A DNA stretch of 64,000 nt from contig NC_086108.1 in the NCBI RefSeq assembly GCF_963921235.1, positions 29,886,001 through 29,950,000 of the forward strand, given 5' to 3'. The DNA is from Mobula hypostoma. Lineage: Eukaryota. The position numbers and the translations under genes were made by a program. The notes beneath the pieces were generated by a model, which had not been told where the DNA came from, searched no databases, and worked only from the letters and a program-made list of their open reading frames with translations. The first letter of the stretch is position 1; each line of letters starts with the position of its first letter. Shown one piece after another: positions 60,600 to 64,000 of the stretch.

Positions 60600-60888
60600 G
60601 CCTCTTTCCTCTTCTCGCCTGCCTATCACCTCTCCCTGGTGCCCCTCCTCCTTCCCTTTCTCCTCTGGTCCACTCTGTCAGATTCCTTCCTCTCAAGTCC
60701 TTCATCTTTCCCACTCCCACCTTTGTATTCTGCCATCTTTCACCCTCCCTTTCCAGTCCGGAACTAGGATCTCAGCCTGAAACATTGACTGTTCATTTCC
60801 ATATATGTTGCCTGACCTGGCTGACTTCCTCTGGCATTTTGTGTGTGTTGCTGTGGATTTCCAGAATCTGTAGAATTTCTCAAGTTTT
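60600..60888 (+). mobile_element. Old Penelope-like 3' UTR, decayed hammerhead and tail
   Basis: Pyrimidine-rich UTR like 17510-17700, with cagtc...ctcagcctGAAACATTgactg at 60754-60791. Confidence 0.7.
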
Positions 60889-61034
60889 TGATTTGGTGCA
60901 TTTCATTGTGTGTTTCGATGTTCATGGGGCAGAAAAAGCTAATCTTTAATCTTTAAATCTTTAAGATATTATTGAACTTTGAGGTGTGGCTGTTCAGACT
61001 CCTGTACCTTCTGTCTGATGGCAGCAACACATCA

Positions 61035-61555
61035 TAATCAGGTTTAATATCACCAGCATATGTCATGAAATTTGTTAACAGCGGCAGCAGTGATAATATA
61101 GAAAAAATCAAGTACAGTAAGTGTATATGTGTATATATTAAATATTTAAATTAAGAATAGTGCAAAAACAGAAATAATTTTAAGAAGTGAGGTAGTATTT
61201 ATAGGTTCAATGTCCAGTTAGGAATCGAAGGGCAGAGGGGAAGAAGCTGTTCCTGAATCGTTGAGTGTGTGTCTTTCAGTTTCTGTACCTCCTTCCTGAC
61301 GGTAACAATGAGAAGAGGGCACGTCCTGAGTGATGAGTCTCCTTAATAATGGACGCCGCCTTTGTGAGGCACCACACTTTGAAGATGTCTTGGATACTAC
61401 GGAGACTAGTACCCATGATGGAGCTGACTAATTTTACAACTTTCTGTAGCTGCTTATCCTGTGCAGGAACATCCCCACCACCACCACTGTCTTGCCTTCT
61501 GTATAGCTGCATCGATTTGTTGGGTCCAGGTTAGATTCTCAGAGATATTGATACC
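61035..61555 (-). mobile_element. Rex1/Babar-type LINE 3' part
   Basis: ORF reads KLVSSIMGTSLRSIQDIFKVWCLTKAASIIKETHHSGRALFSLLPSGRRYR; sister of 21078-21975. Confidence 0.88.
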
Positions 61556-63164
61556 AACGAAAAGAGGGCATGGCGTGAATGATGGTGGTCTTCAATGGTG
61601 GCTGTCATGCACAATGATTAGTCTTATTAATACATTAAAGGGTAAGTATCAGACAGGTTACCAGGAGAATTTCCCACCCTAACTGAATGTGTTTAGCTGA
61701 ACTGATAACTTCACTCTAGACATTTGCAGATACCATGCTGCAAATTTGGTGCAGCATTTGCTTATTAATGCACAATGATGCTGTTTTAGTCTGGCATTAA
61801 ATCAAGGTCCCAAATGCTCTTCCATATACAGTGGCGTTCTGTTCACTTTTCTAACAAGTACTTATCCTCCATCAGTTTAAAAACAGACCTGTGGTTTTTT
61901 TGTACTTTGCATCTTTGATCTTATTGTGCAGAAAATGTTTTTTCCCCCTGTATTAGATCAGTTGGTGTTCCTTAATACCAAAGGGGAAAGGCGCAGTGAT
62001 GTTCTGAGCATTTGCAAGGCATTGTGAAAGGAAGTTATTTCCACGCAGAATTGCCTGTGAGATATTCTGATGCTGCTTTTGTCATTTTGAGTAGGTTCAA
62101 AACTAGTGCCTGTACTGTTTTTTTTTGAAGATTTTGTGTCATGTTTAATTGAGATACCCAGAAGCTTCTGTAGATCCCTTCTGAAGCTGAGTTCAGACTT
62201 TCAAGAACTCTGAGAATCTGTTGTGTAAAATACATTCTTAACAGTACAACGTGTGACTCTCGAATCAAAGTGATTTGTTTTCTATACAAACTTGAGGTTG
62301 CCTGACTCATATGATGTTATGAACTTTTAGTAATGTAGTGGGGGGAGGGGTAGATAAAAGGAAGTTGCTCATAGGTAAATTTTATGCTGAAGCTGTCTAG
62401 TCTCCCCTTTTTTCCTTTGGGATCATAAAAAGATAGATAAAATACTGTAAGGCCCAGAGATGGTCTGTTACTGTGAAATGGTCATGTTTGAGCCAACATC
62501 TTCAGTATCAGCAGGCTGTTTGATCTTGGACATCACTGCAAGCCATTTTGATCTTGCCCTTCACAAATATTGGCTACTAGGTGGCCATCAAGAGGCCCCT
62601 CTTTGTAACCAGTTCTGCCTTGGTTAACACTGAAGGCTAACTTGGCATGGAGTCGAATAACCAAATCTCAGCCCAAGTCAGCAAATTGCAGTTCACTCCT
62701 TTGCTTTTTCAGCTGTGTACCATTTCAACATGAGGTCAAGCCTGAATAGCTTTTTGTTATTGTGGAATCTTATTTTGCATCATTTGAATATGATGTTTTT
62801 CTGGTAAATGGTGAACACATGTTCAAGCTTTCGGCGTTTGGTTCCAGCTAAATAATGTGAGTGATCTGACAGTCGAAGTGAGCAGTTGCATGTTCCTTTC
62901 ATCCTACAATTGCTTGGTGCGTAATGAGCTTGTGGGCATTTTTATTCTGCAGATGTCTATTTTAGTTCGTTTTTTTTAAACCGTGGACTGTAAAGTGAGA
63001 TTGTTTGTGAAGTGATAAAAATCTGGAGCTAAACAATGAGCAGTTGGGAGTATTTGAATGAAAAATCCACAAAATACCCAGAAAGTCATGCAAGCTATGT
63101 AGAATAAGTCACCTAGATTTAACTTTCAACTTAAGTTTCTTATTACATGCAATTTTTGATTTTC

Positions 63165-63452
63165 ATTTTTATTTACTGAGATACAGCACCAAATAGGCCC
63201 TTCCGGCCCTTTGAGTTGTGCTGCCTGGTCATCCCCTGATTTAATCCCAGCCAAATCATGAGACAGTTTACAATGACCAATTAACCTATCAACTGGTACA
63301 TCTTTGGACTGGAAGGAAACTGGAGCACCAGGAGGAAATCCCCATGGCTGCAGGGCAAACATACAAACTCTTTACAGACTGCAGCGGGAACTGAACACCA
63401 GGGTCACTGGTACTTCAAAGCATTGTGCTAACCACTACGCTACCATGCGGCC
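63165..63452 (-). mobile_element. V-SINE/HE1-like tRNA-derived SINE with CR1-derived tail
   Basis: Minus strand has head ggccgcatggtagcgtagtggttagcac, core gagtttgtatgttt...gggatttcctcctggtgctccagtttcct, and tail gggccggaagggcctatttggtgctgtatctc. Confidence 0.8.
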
Positions 63453-64000
63453 TGAATTGTTTGTTTTCCTTTGGTTTTCATGTCATAATAACAAACATCA
63501 AATTCTGAGTTGGCCAAATGCTGGAGAAATCCAGGCACGTTACACGATTATGTTAAACAACTCTAACTGATTTCCATACTGGATGTTCCATCTGCTCAAT
63601 TAATCAGGTTGCACCTCTGTGAATTGTAGTTGAATAATACTAAAGCATTTTCCTTCTTTTGCAACTTGCCTGTTTCTCTTCTTCCAGTTCTGAGGAACTT
63701 GGTTCCTTGACTGCATGTGATCCAATTGAGGGCCTTGTACTAATGCCATAACCAACTTTTTAAAGGCAAGCTTCTGCCAAGGATGACCGTAGCTTCACTT
63801 GATATCCGTGTGGTTTTTGCATTCTAACATTTAAGCCTTTGAATTGTATTTCCCATGATTATACAGTCCTTAACTTTGGCAGTCAAAGGATGGTATGGCA
63901 AAGTTGAAAGATGTTGTGTTGCGACATGACACTGCGCAAAATTGGGCAGGCCTTCTAGCAAACATGCAATGGATATATGTAAATACCAACTAGGCCCACT

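Noticed and set aside
1..64000. CRISPR arrays, rRNA, true tRNA genes or prokaryotic defence systems
   Set aside because: This is eukaryotic repeat-rich DNA with no regularly spaced repeats. The tRNA-like segments are decayed SINE heads.

Overview
This is vertebrate genomic DNA, almost certainly from a cartilaginous fish and probably a ray, judging by the CR1, HE1/V-SINE-like, Rex1/Babar and Penelope-like repeats. It is mostly transposon remnants. The one host gene I can identify is RGL1 (RalGDS-like 1) on the + strand. It has a short first coding exon (46333/46351-46377, MKRKIRMRLPWKPKM) and the conserved exon HNSIQDWGEEVEEGAVYNVTLKKVQIQQAANKGARWLG (47158-47271). The rest of the gene lies beyond the window. 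Main points of interest: (1) a Penelope-like retroelement family carrying a minimal type I hammerhead ribozyme, with four young insertions that have 13-14 bp TSDs, inverted tail-out ends and, in two cases, long near-perfect hairpins folding back inside the ribozyme; (2) a ~3 kb hAT element (KIAA1586/ZNF862-like transposase) whose N-terminus is replaced, in frame, by a Tigger/pogo CENP-B-type DNA-binding domain; (3) several resolvable nested insertions (CR1>Tigger>hAT MITE, CR1>RTE, Rex1>SINE-like); (4) repeat-free blocks dense in Pbx/Hox/Meis or Forkhead motifs that may be conserved enhancers. Family assignments come from recalled motifs, not database searches. Boundaries of old repeats are approximate.
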